From positions 62,001-126,000 of IMG/VR virus record IMGVR_UViG_3300036770_004143: a DNA stretch of 64,000 bases; one strand, given 5' to 3'. Position numbers and translations under genes: made by a program. The notes beneath the pieces are model-generated. The model did no database searches, was not told the DNA's origin, and saw only the letters and a list, made by a program, of their open reading frames with translations. The stretch's first letter is position 1, and each line of letters opens with the position of its first letter. This document shows positions 51,013 to 59,327 of the stretch, piece after piece.

Positions 51013-52319
51013 TTTATGATTTCTCCTTTTTTTGTTATTTTTACAGTGTTTTCATTTAACTTCAACATAATATTACCCAAGTTAGTCTTACCCATAACTT
51101 TGAATCTCTTAAACTTATTTAAGAAATTGTTTGCAGCAGAATATTGTTTCTCTGTTTCAGATAAAATTTTAATTGATTTTAAATTTTCATTTAATGATTT
51201 TTCTATTTTTCTTTTCTTCTGCTCTGACAACACTTTTTCTTGTGGGCTTAATTCAAAATAGTTTGAAATAATTCTATCCACTTTTGATTCTGAATATCTC
51301 TTTTTTGGTGCATATTCTTCACCACCTTGAGGCATAGCACCCATATCTGGCATTTCACCTCCCATACCATCAATCCCTTGCATATCTGGCATTTCACCAT
51401 CCATTCCTTCCATATCAGGCATTTCACCATCCATGTTAGGCATTTCACCATCCATTCCTTCCATATCAGGCATTTCTTCCATATTGCCCTCTTCTCCACC
51501 TCCTTCAAATTTTGAAAGAATGTCATCAACATCTTCTTCATCAAGAATGTCAATATTTAAAGATGATATGACCATATTAATGACATATTTAATTTCTTCA
51601 GATGTTAAACCTTCTTCATTTTCAAGTGTCCTAATCTTTTGTGTTAATCTTCCTGTTAATTTTTGGATAGTTTTAAAGGTAACTTCCTCATCACCTTTGC
51701 CTTGTTTTGGTTCCATAGGTTCATCCTCCATATCCATATCTGGCATTTCATCACCCATATCATCCATTCCTGGTTCAGCAGGTGGTGGCATTTCACCTTC
51801 CATACCTGGTTCACCCATATCAGGCATTTGCCCTTCACCACCTTCCAATGGAGATGGGGGTAACTCTGGATTTGGAACAGCTGGTGGTTCTGGTGGTGGA
51901 GCAGGCATATCACCCATTTCATTATCAGGTTGTGCAGGTTTTGGTGTTTTTAATGTGTATTTCTTTTGCTCACCAAATAATGATATACCATTTGGATTAT
52001 CATATAGTTCATTTAATTCCTTTGTTATTAGATTTAATTTCTTAAATGCTTGAGAATAAGATCTGTAATATTTTCTGTTTCTTATTGGGTCTATATAATC
52101 TAATGTGGATTCATTTAATCCCTTTTTAATAACATAACCAACTTTCTCTTTAACAATAGCATATACATTACCATCTGTTAATTGTATGTCATATTCCTTT
52201 GAAGAAGTTTCATTTATATTAGCTTTATCAACTTCTTTATACATAGCAATTTCTAACATTCTATTTAGTTTTGCACTACCTTGTAGCTTTTCACTGCCTA
52301 TTGGTTTTAATTTACTCAT
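51009..52319 (-). CDS. Hypothetical protein with Pro/Met/acidic disordered tracts
   Basis: PPPEPP and EMPDMEGMDG repeats. Confidence 0.65.
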   Translation of the reverse strand: MSKLKPIGSEKLQGSAKLNRMLEIAMYKEVDKANINETSSKEYDIQLTDGNVYAIVKEKVGYVIKKGLNESTLDYIDPIRNRKYYRSYSQAFKKLNLITKELNELYDNPNGISLFGEQKKYTLKTPKPAQPDNEMGDMPAPPPEPPAVPNPELPPSPLEGGEGQMPDMGEPGMEGEMPPPAEPGMDDMGDEMPDMDMEDEPMEPKQGKGDEEVTFKTIQKLTGRLTQKIRTLENEEGLTSEEIKYVINMVISSLNIDILDEEDVDDILSKFEGGGEEGNMEEMPDMEGMDGEMPNMDGEMPDMEGMDGEMPDMQGIDGMGGEMPDMGAMPQGGEEYAPKKRYSESKVDRIISNYFELSPQEKVLSEQKKRKIEKSLNENLKSIKILSETEKQYSAANNFLNKFKRFKVMGKTNLGNIMLKLNENTVKITKKGEIIK

Positions 52320-52332
52320 TTTTTTATATTTT

Positions 52333-52527
52333 TTAATTATTTAAGCCATTTATTCCACCTAATTTAACTGCTGACATTTCAATAACTGTATCAGTCCCCC
52401 CTGTTGTGTTTACAATAACAGCCTGTGGATGAGGTACTTGTGTTGTCCCAGTCAATGGATCACCACTGAAAAACCCCAACATACCTTTGGTATATTCATA
52501 AAACGTGTTTGCACTAACTACTGCCAT
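52333..52527 (-). CDS. Small hypothetical protein
   Basis: 64-aa ORF with TATTTATA motif 16 nt upstream. Confidence 0.6.
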   Translation of the reverse strand: MAVVSANTFYEYTKGMLGFFSGDPLTGTTQVPHPQAVIVNTTGGTDTVIEMSAVKLGGINGLNN

Positions 52528-52590
52528 TTTTATTTTATTTATATATAAATATATCTATTATGTCAAATATTAATATAGTAAAAATAAAAT

Positions 52591-53334
52591 TTAATAAATT
52601 TCATTTTCAATAGATAATTCTTTGGTTCTTTTATTATATTGATAATTAAACACCTTATCTAATAGACCACTACGCCTTAAATACTTATAAACCAAGTTTT
52701 CATTTGAAAATTCACCCCCCTTCTCCAAGCCACCTTTCCTAAATTTTCTTAATTTATCTGTTAATTTTTTTATTTTTGTTTTTGAAACTTTTAATGATGC
52801 CTCATCTGCATCTTTTAATGTTTTCTTAACAAATTCAACCCAATGGTTTATTTTTAATTTTAATTTTGTTTTATTAACTGGGGGTTTTTCTTTTTTGGGA
52901 ACAACTATCCACTCCTCATTCATTAATGAGTATTGACCTTCTGCTGTATGTTCTTCTTTTTCATCTTGTGGATATACTTCAACATCATAACCTTTGATTG
53001 TTAAATTATGCTTATCATTAAAAATTAATTTCTTTGCTGAAAATAATTTTAAATAAACTTCACCTTCATCCTCAAATTGATCCAAATCAATAATTATATG
53101 CAAATCAAAATCAGAATATTCTGACCAGTTATAATTGGATAATGACCCAGTTAATATTATATCTTCAACAAAAACATCCTCATCCAAAAATTCAATAAAC
53201 TCTTTTGCAATATCCAATAACCCTTTTTTAATTTCAGGCTTCATCTTTGCCTTCTTTACATTATTGGGACTGTCCCAAACTTTTGGGTTCAATGTATCTT
53301 TAACTATAAAACTTTTTATTATATTATTCTCCAT
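52591..53334 (-). CDS. Pol-beta superfamily nucleotidyltransferase
   Basis: ILTGSLSNYNWSEYSDFDLH (hGS..DxD) and YDVEVY third acidic residue. Confidence 0.8.
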   Translation of the reverse strand: MENNIIKSFIVKDTLNPKVWDSPNNVKKAKMKPEIKKGLLDIAKEFIEFLDEDVFVEDIILTGSLSNYNWSEYSDFDLHIIIDLDQFEDEGEVYLKLFSAKKLIFNDKHNLTIKGYDVEVYPQDEKEEHTAEGQYSLMNEEWIVVPKKEKPPVNKTKLKLKINHWVEFVKKTLKDADEASLKVSKTKIKKLTDKLRKFRKGGLEKGGEFSNENLVYKYLRRSGLLDKVFNYQYNKRTKELSIENEIY

Positions 53335-53336
53335 AG

Positions 53337-53579
53337 TTATTTTTTTACATATTTGTAAGTTTTAGCAATAGTTGTACTAAAGAATTTCCCTTGAGATTCA
53401 GCCATCCTAAATTGGGTGTAAATTTTGTGTGGAACATCATCATATTCATATTTTATTCCATTATTAAATTCAACCAATAACTTTTTTGTTTCCAAATCAT
53501 ATTCAGTTTTTTTAACATTGCTAGATTTGACCTCATTGATGATTTTTTTGCCACTTATAATTTCTTTTGTTATTGCCAT
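53337..53579 (-). CDS. KTSC domain protein
   Basis: VKSSNV..YDLETKKLLVEFNNG..YEYDDVP..AESQGKFF. Confidence 0.88.
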   Translation of the reverse strand: MAITKEIISGKKIINEVKSSNVKKTEYDLETKKLLVEFNNGIKYEYDDVPHKIYTQFRMAESQGKFFSTTIAKTYKYVKK

Positions 53580-53612
53580 AGTATTTTTATATATAAATAT
53601 ATAAAATGAAAA

Positions 53613-53648
53613 AAGCCTCCAGAAATATCTAAAATATTTTGGAGGCTT
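53613..53648 (-). terminator. Hairpin terminator
   Basis: aagcctcca...tggaggctt stem with A run on the left. Confidence 0.6.
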
Positions 53649-53669
53649 AACAAAAATGATTAACCTAAA

Positions 53670-54134
53670 TTAAGGTGTGGAAACAATAAAAGGATATTTG
53701 TAATGGAAAATAGTATCACATTTTTTGTTATGTAACTTCACATCTAATACCCCAAATTCAGGAGTTGATGTTTTTATACTAAATAATAAACCTATATTAC
53801 CCCCCACTTTAGTCTTATCCAGGATAGTTATCCTGCTTTTGGATAATGGGTATAACTCATATTTGACAAAGTAATTACTATCTATAACCATATTTGTCAA
53901 ATTAGTAATATTACCTAAACTATCATTATGATAAAATTTAGTAGAAACTACATATGTAGAACTTGATGCAATTGAAAACCAATCTTCATTTATACTAGAA
54001 TATTTTGTTGTAGAATCAATTGATAATTCAACTGCATTTATATTCCTGTTTGATGTAACTTGTTGCAAGGTAAATACTTCATTATCACAAGATAATATCA
54101 AGGATAGAATAAGGAGGGGGATAATAGTTTTCAT
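53670..54134 (-). CDS. Predicted lipoprotein
   Basis: MKTIIPLLILSLILSC signal peptide II with lipobox Cys16, then DNE. Confidence 0.6.
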   Translation of the reverse strand: MKTIIPLLILSLILSCDNEVFTLQQVTSNRNINAVELSIDSTTKYSSINEDWFSIASSSTYVVSTKFYHNDSLGNITNLTNMVIDSNYFVKYELYPLSKSRITILDKTKVGGNIGLLFSIKTSTPEFGVLDVKLHNKKCDTIFHYKYPFIVSTP

Positions 54135-54160
54135 AGTTTTTTAATATAAATATATTATGT

Positions 54161-54592
54161 TTATGAAATGCTTATTGTTTTCTTTCCTGTTTCAACATAA
54201 TTTGGCAAGAATAATGTCAAAATACCATTTGAAACTGTTGCTTCAATATTACCCTCATTTATTTGGTAATTATTCAATTTGAAATTGTGTCTTATTGTTT
54301 TAGTTTCACCCTTCTTGTTAAATACCCTTTTTCCGGTTATCTTTATTTCCTTGTTCTCCAAAACAATTTCCAAATTGTCTTTTGTGTAGCCTGGAACTTC
54401 AAAGGATATATAAGCACCATCCTTGGTTGATTCAATATCATATTCATCATTAAAAATACTACGACTTTGGGTTGATTGTGATGAAATGTTTTGGTCTGAT
54501 GAACTAAAAGGGTTGTAAGTTGAATGTGATGTAAACACAAATGGGCTTGAAGAACCAAATAATAACTCTGCTAAAAAATCTCTCTCTTTCAT
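54161..54592 (-). CDS. Small heat-shock protein (Hsp20/alpha-crystallin)
   Basis: FEVPGYTKDNLEI..ITGKR..IEATVSNGILTLFLP. Confidence 0.88.
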   Translation of the reverse strand: MKERDFLAELLFGSSSPFVFTSHSTYNPFSSSDQNISSQSTQSRSIFNDEYDIESTKDGAYISFEVPGYTKDNLEIVLENKEIKITGKRVFNKKGETKTIRHNFKLNNYQINEGNIEATVSNGILTLFLPNYVETGKKTISIS

Positions 54593-54635
54593 AATTTTGT
54601 TTTTTTTATAAATGTTTATTTTTTTTATGAGAAAG

Positions 54636-54651
54636 TCAAATTTAATACCAA
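54636..54651 (-). promoter_or_regulatory. Sigma54-like -24/-12 element for hsp20
   Basis: Minus strand TTGGTATTAAATTTGA, 44 nt upstream of hsp20 ATG; GG-N10-GA rather than canonical GG-N10-GC. Confidence 0.4.
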
Positions 54652-54663
54652 CTTATTTTCATA

Positions 54664-54738
54664 TGACATTTTGTCAGTTATAAGCATTGTTAGATGACAT
54701 ATTGTCATATGAATCATTATTTTACTGACAATTTGTCA
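54664..54738. promoter_or_regulatory. Three TGACA-N3-TGTCA palindromes at exact 31-bp period
   Basis: 54664-76 TGACAtttTGTCA, 54695-707 TGACAtatTGTCA, 54726-38 TGACAattTGTCA between divergent hsp20 and clpC. Confidence 0.8.
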
Positions 54739-54791
54739 AAACTATTGGATTAGTCCAAAATTTGTATGATATTTATAAAAAAACATAAGAT

Positions 54792-56804
54792 ATGAATGTT
54801 GACTATTTTGATGATGAAAAAACAACAAGAGGCAAGAAAAACACCTCTGGTTCAAAAACTCCAGTATTGGACAATTTTAGTAGGGACTTATCCAAATTGG
54901 CTGAGATGGGAAAATTGGATATGTCAATTGGTAGGGAGAAAGAGGTTAAGAGATTGGCTCAAATCTTATCAAGACGAAAAAAGAACAATCCATTAATCCT
55001 TGGTGATGCTGGGTGTGGTAAAACAAACTTAATTGAAGGTGTTGCATTGATGATTTCAAAAGGTGAGGGTCCACAAAATCTATTAAACAAAAGAATTGTA
55101 AATTTAGATTTAACCTCTGTTGTTGCTGGAACTAAATATAGGGGTCAGTTTGAGGAAAGAATGAAAGTAATTCTTGATGAATTGATTGCAAATCCAAATG
55201 TTGTTGTATTCATTGATGAAATACATACATTAATTGGGTCTGGAAACTCATCTAATGCTATGGATGGTGCAAATATATTCAAGCCAGCATTAGCATCTGG
55301 GGATATTCAATGCATTGGTGCAACCACATTTGATGAATTTAAAAAATCAATAGAGAAAGATGGGGCATTAGCAAGGAGATTTCAAAAAATCAAACTTGAA
55401 CAACCTTCAATAAGTGAAACAATTAAAATTGTTAAACAATCTATTGATAAGTATGAATCCTTCCACAAGGCATCATATAGTGATGAGGTTATTGATTTAT
55501 GTGTCAAGATGGCAGATAGATATATTAATGATAGAGCATTTCCTGATAAGGCTTTTGATGTTATTGATGAAGTTGGGGCAAAACTACAAGTTGAGGTTAA
55601 AATACCTGAATCAATTGTAAAATTAAAAGAAAAGATTAATGACTTAAAACAGGAAAAAACAAGAGTTGTTATAAACCAAGAATATGAATTGGCTGCTGAA
55701 ATTAGGGATAAAGAGTTAAAGTTATTAACAAAACTTGAATCTGAAACAAAAAAGTTTGAAGAGGATAAGTTAAAGAATAAGCGAAAGATAGATATTGAAG
55801 ATGTCTATTCTGTTGTTTCAATTATGACAAATATTCCTTTGGAACAAATGAATATTGATGAAAAGCAAAAACTAATAAATTTAGATAAAAAGATTAAGGA
55901 AAATCTTATTGGTCAAGACGCTGCTGTTGAATCTATTACAAGATCAATTAAAAGAAATAGACTTAACATTAAAGACCCAAATAGACCAGTTGGTAGTTTC
56001 ATATTTTTAGGATCCACAGGAGTTGGTAAAACACATTTAGCAAAACAATTAGCCAAACAATTATTTGGAAATGAGAAATCATTGATTAGGGTTGATATGA
56101 GTGAATACCAGGAAAAACACACCATATCAAGATTGATTGGTTCGCCTCCAGGCTATGTTGGTCATGATGAGGGTGGTCAATTGACTGAAAAAGTTAAGAA
56201 TAACCCATATTCAATTATCTTGTTTGATGAGATTGAAAAAGCCCATAAGGATGTATTTAACTTGTTATTGCAGATATTAGATGAAGGTCATTTAACTGAT
56301 AGTCTAGGTAAAACTGTCAATTTCAAAAACACAATCATCATTTTAACAACAAACTTGGGTATCAAAAAATTCCAAGACTTTGGAACTGGAATTAGTTTCA
56401 CATCATCCAAATATGGCAATGAAGTTGCTAAAAAAGAAATGCTAATGAAAGAATTGAAAAAGTTCTTCTCACCTGAATTCTTGAACCGTATTGATGATAC
56501 CATTGTATTTAACACATTGAATGATGAGAATGTTAAAAAGATAACTGAAATTGAACTTAACAAACTAATTACAAGATTAATAGAATCTAATTACATTGTT
56601 TCCTTTGATTCATCTGTTATTGATTTAATTAGCAAAGTTGGATTTGATGACACTTATGGAGCAAGACCAATCAAGAGAGCAATCCAGGATAAGATTGAGG
56701 ATTTAATATCTGATGAGGTTTTAAATGGTTTCATTAAAGAGAATGAACCTTACCACCTAGTGGTTGAAGATGAAAATGTTATAATTAAAAAGGGGGTCGC
56801 TTGA
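54792..56804 (+). CDS. Class I Clp/Hsp100 ATPase, ClpC-like, lacking the N-domain
   Basis: GDAGCGKT and FIDEIH (D1), UVR-like middle coil (QEYELAAEIRDKE), GSTGVGKT and FDEIEKAH (D2), GISF loop, YGARPIKR. Confidence 0.9.
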   Translation: MNVDYFDDEKTTRGKKNTSGSKTPVLDNFSRDLSKLAEMGKLDMSIGREKEVKRLAQILSRRKKNNPLILGDAGCGKTNLIEGVALMISKGEGPQNLLNKRIVNLDLTSVVAGTKYRGQFEERMKVILDELIANPNVVVFIDEIHTLIGSGNSSNAMDGANIFKPALASGDIQCIGATTFDEFKKSIEKDGALARRFQKIKLEQPSISETIKIVKQSIDKYESFHKASYSDEVIDLCVKMADRYINDRAFPDKAFDVIDEVGAKLQVEVKIPESIVKLKEKINDLKQEKTRVVINQEYELAAEIRDKELKLLTKLESETKKFEEDKLKNKRKIDIEDVYSVVSIMTNIPLEQMNIDEKQKLINLDKKIKENLIGQDAAVESITRSIKRNRLNIKDPNRPVGSFIFLGSTGVGKTHLAKQLAKQLFGNEKSLIRVDMSEYQEKHTISRLIGSPPGYVGHDEGGQLTEKVKNNPYSIILFDEIEKAHKDVFNLLLQILDEGHLTDSLGKTVNFKNTIIILTTNLGIKKFQDFGTGISFTSSKYGNEVAKKEMLMKELKKFFSPEFLNRIDDTIVFNTLNDENVKKITEIELNKLITRLIESNYIVSFDSSVIDLISKVGFDDTYGARPIKRAIQDKIEDLISDEVLNGFIKENEPYHLVVEDENVIIKKGVA

Positions 56805-56811
56805 CCCCCTT
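56790..56811. terminator. Bidirectional hairpin between convergent genes
   Basis: aagggggtc-gctt-gaccccctt overlapping the clpC stop codon. Confidence 0.7.
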
Positions 56812-56817
56812 CCTTTT

Positions 56818-57630
56818 TTACCTCTTTTCCCTAAAAGATGGTCTTATAACTGGTATATGTTTCTTTTCATATTTTTCATAACCTAGACTTGCAATCATTT
56901 CCCTCCCTATTTTAATCCCATTCTCCACATCTTCTAAAACAACATACTCATCTGGTGTATGATAATCATAATAACCAATGGATATGTTAAGGCAACTAAA
57001 ATCAAATAACTTCTTTAATGCATATACATCTGTATAAGGATGTGAGCCAAACCTGGGGGTTGTATTCTCTACTAATACACTGTTAATCTTATTGAAGAAC
57101 TCACTATCCCTATTAAATAAAGGAACACCAGATGAAATTTCAGTCACCATCCAATCAAAAGGGGCATCAAACTGTATGGCATATCCAACGTTTTTGAAGA
57201 ATTCTGGATCTGCTTTTAATGAACCAATACACCCAATTTCTTCTGATACAAAAAAAGCAGCCTTTAAAACTGGTAATTCTGTCAATAAAGTTAAACAGGC
57301 AAAAACACCAGCTTTATCATCACCCCCAATTCCAGTTGGTTGCCCAATCTTATTATAACCCTTATAAGCCTCTTTTAAGACACCTTTTGAATTTTCCCTT
57401 AGTTCAGTTCTAACATCTATATAAGTGTTGTTGTGGACTGTATCTGTGTGTGCTACAACACAAGGATAGGTTTCTGTTTCACCCTTTGTGCAATATATGT
57501 TGGACATCTTATCAACCTCATATGGTATATTATTCTTTTTTAGAAATTCACATATGTAATTAACTAATTTTAATTCCCTGTCACTATATGATGGAATTGA
57601 TAACACTTCTTTTAATAATTCTTTGTTCAT
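56818..57630 (-). CDS. Zn-dependent peptidase (M28/M42-like)
   Basis: VAHTDTVH, GGDDKAG, SEEIG, QFD, YHTPDE metal-ligand motifs. Confidence 0.8.
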   Translation of the reverse strand: MNKELLKEVLSIPSYSDRELKLVNYICEFLKKNNIPYEVDKMSNIYCTKGETETYPCVVAHTDTVHNNTYIDVRTELRENSKGVLKEAYKGYNKIGQPTGIGGDDKAGVFACLTLLTELPVLKAAFFVSEEIGCIGSLKADPEFFKNVGYAIQFDAPFDWMVTEISSGVPLFNRDSEFFNKINSVLVENTTPRFGSHPYTDVYALKKLFDFSCLNISIGYYDYHTPDEYVVLEDVENGIKIGREMIASLGYEKYEKKHIPVIRPSFREKR

Positions 57631-57654
57631 GTTTTTTTGTATAAATATAAGTGA

Positions 57655-58065
57655 TTAAATTGTTAAAAACTTAATTTCACCACCCTTTTCTTTTATCATA
57701 TCCTTGATTTCTTTGTATGAATATTTTTCAGATAGAGTTGTGTATTTTGCAAACATTGAGTGTGCTTTTAGATTTTTTGGAATTGAATCTATTTCTAAAG
57801 CCGTTAGGTATAAATCACCATCAATAGTTAAATTATCTGGGAGAGTTTTTATTTTTGTCAATCTTAAATCAAGATATCCTTTAACAGTAAAATTGTCTGG
57901 TAATCTTTTTACCCTTGCACCATATAAATCAAAATTATCATCATAAAATAAATCTTTATCATCTATTGAATCAAAATCATTGATTAATTTCCATGTTAGG
58001 GGTGTTCTTTTGTTATCTTTTCCTTCAAGGAATTCAAATATTCTTTTTAATACTTCTTTTTCCAT
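57655..58065 (-). CDS. LRR-like solenoid family member C2 (divergent, 3 repeats)
   Basis: MEKEVLKRIFEFLEG cap, LPDNFTVKGYLDL repeats. Confidence 0.8.
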   Translation of the reverse strand: MEKEVLKRIFEFLEGKDNKRTPLTWKLINDFDSIDDKDLFYDDNFDLYGARVKRLPDNFTVKGYLDLRLTKIKTLPDNLTIDGDLYLTALEIDSIPKNLKAHSMFAKYTTLSEKYSYKEIKDMIKEKGGEIKFLTI

Positions 58066-58535
58066 TATCTAATTATTTTTCCTTTTATAAATCCAGGTTT
58101 AACCATTTCCCTTAATTCATCATCTGAATATTTTGTTAATTTTGTATTACCTATAACCAAAAAAGATTCAACTTCCAAACCTTTTGGTAATGATGTTACT
58201 TTTGTAAATCTTAAATCCAAAGCACCACCAACTTTCAATCCTTCAGGTAATGAAGTTATTGAATCACAACCCAATAACCACAAAATACCACCAACTTTTA
58301 AGTCTTTTGGTAGTGAGGTTATATTAATAGAACCATTTAAATCCAAATCACCACCAACTTTTAAACCTTCTGGTAATGATTTCACTTTTGACCTTTCTAA
58401 ACTAAAATTACCTTTAATATTCAAATCTTTTTTTGTTAATGGTATATTATTTTCCCATTTCCATAAAAATGGTGCTCTATGTTCTTGATTATCTTCCAGG
58501 AATTGAAGTATTCTTTTTAATTGTTCTTTTTCCAT
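58065..58535 (-). CDS. LRR-like solenoid family member C1
   Basis: Same caps and repeats; TATTTATA motif 18 nt upstream. Confidence 0.85.
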   Translation of the reverse strand: MEKEQLKRILQFLEDNQEHRAPFLWKWENNIPLTKKDLNIKGNFSLERSKVKSLPEGLKVGGDLDLNGSINITSLPKDLKVGGILWLLGCDSITSLPEGLKVGGALDLRFTKVTSLPKGLEVESFLVIGNTKLTKYSDDELREMVKPGFIKGKIIR

Positions 58536-58695
58536 TGTTTAGTTAATTTCAATTATAAATATATAAAAAAAACTATTTTTAATACCACATTCAACTAATA
58601 TCACTATAACTAATCTCTTATGTAAAGATAAGTCTTATTATTGACTTTATCATACCCCAAGCAAACTATTTTATTTAAAATAAATGAAAAAAACA

Positions 58696-58727
58696 TTTGG
58701 AAAATCAAAAAAAGGGATGTATATTTG
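58696..58727 (+). promoter_or_regulatory. Bacteroidota-type promoter driving tmRNA
   Basis: TTTG 58696-99, 20-nt spacer, TATATTTG 58720-27. Confidence 0.7.
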
Positions 58728-58764
58728 TATTCTCAAAACAAGTGAGGTATTTATACAAAGAAAA

Positions 58765-59186
58765 GGGGACGAAAGGTATCGATTGGCGTGGATTGTGTGA
58801 GTAGGCATGTTGGGGCTGAATTAACCTCATTAACAACTGGTTCAAGCCTTTAACTGGCAACACTTTAGAAACTTTAGCAACTTTAGGCTTAGTGCGTGAA
58901 GATGCTGTTGTTGCAGCTTAGTAGTTGTGACAACCCCAGGTCGGTGGGCATATAACCTAGGAACAGAAGCCTCATAGTGTGATACTACTTATTGTGTCAA
59001 AGGTTTTAGTTTGGGGTGCTACCTGTTAGTCTATGCAAATAGCAGAAGTGAATCCTCCATAGTTGGCAGATCAAATGGCAAAATATGAACTGTCTTATGT
59101 GTCCATACAGAATCTATGGAATAAACATGTAGTCTATTTACTTAATTACGAGCAAGACCAGGGTTCAATTCCCTGCGTCTCCACCA
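58765..59186 (+). ncRNA. ssrA: tmRNA (422 nt); tag peptide (A)GNTLETLATLGLVREDAVVAA at 58856-58924
   Basis: 5' GGGGACG pairs with 3' CGTCTCC-ACCA including the G3:U alanine determinant; T-arm CAGGG-TTCAATT-CCCTG; GCATGT/AAACATGTAG helix; tag ORF ends GCA GCT TAG TAG. Confidence 0.95.
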
Positions 59187-59218
59187 ATGGAAGAACCATA
59201 TTATTTGGTTCTTCCATT
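59186..59218 (+). terminator. Hairpin terminator after tmRNA
   Basis: aatggaagaacca-tattatt-tggttcttccatt. Confidence 0.75.
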
Positions 59219-59327
59219 TATTTTAAACAAAATGTTACTTATTATTAATATTTATATTAAAAATACAACCAATCTAGGGTAAAATCTTACCTTACATTTT
59301 ATTATCTTTGCAAAAAAAAATAAAATT

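Noticed and set aside
58765-59186. tRNA-Ala gene
   Set aside because: The tRNA-like ends belong to the tmRNA; no anticodon arm, and no separate tRNA was recognised in the window
59063-59248. 61-aa ORF MADQMAKY...
   Set aside because: Overlaps the structured 3' half of the tmRNA; not credible as a CDS
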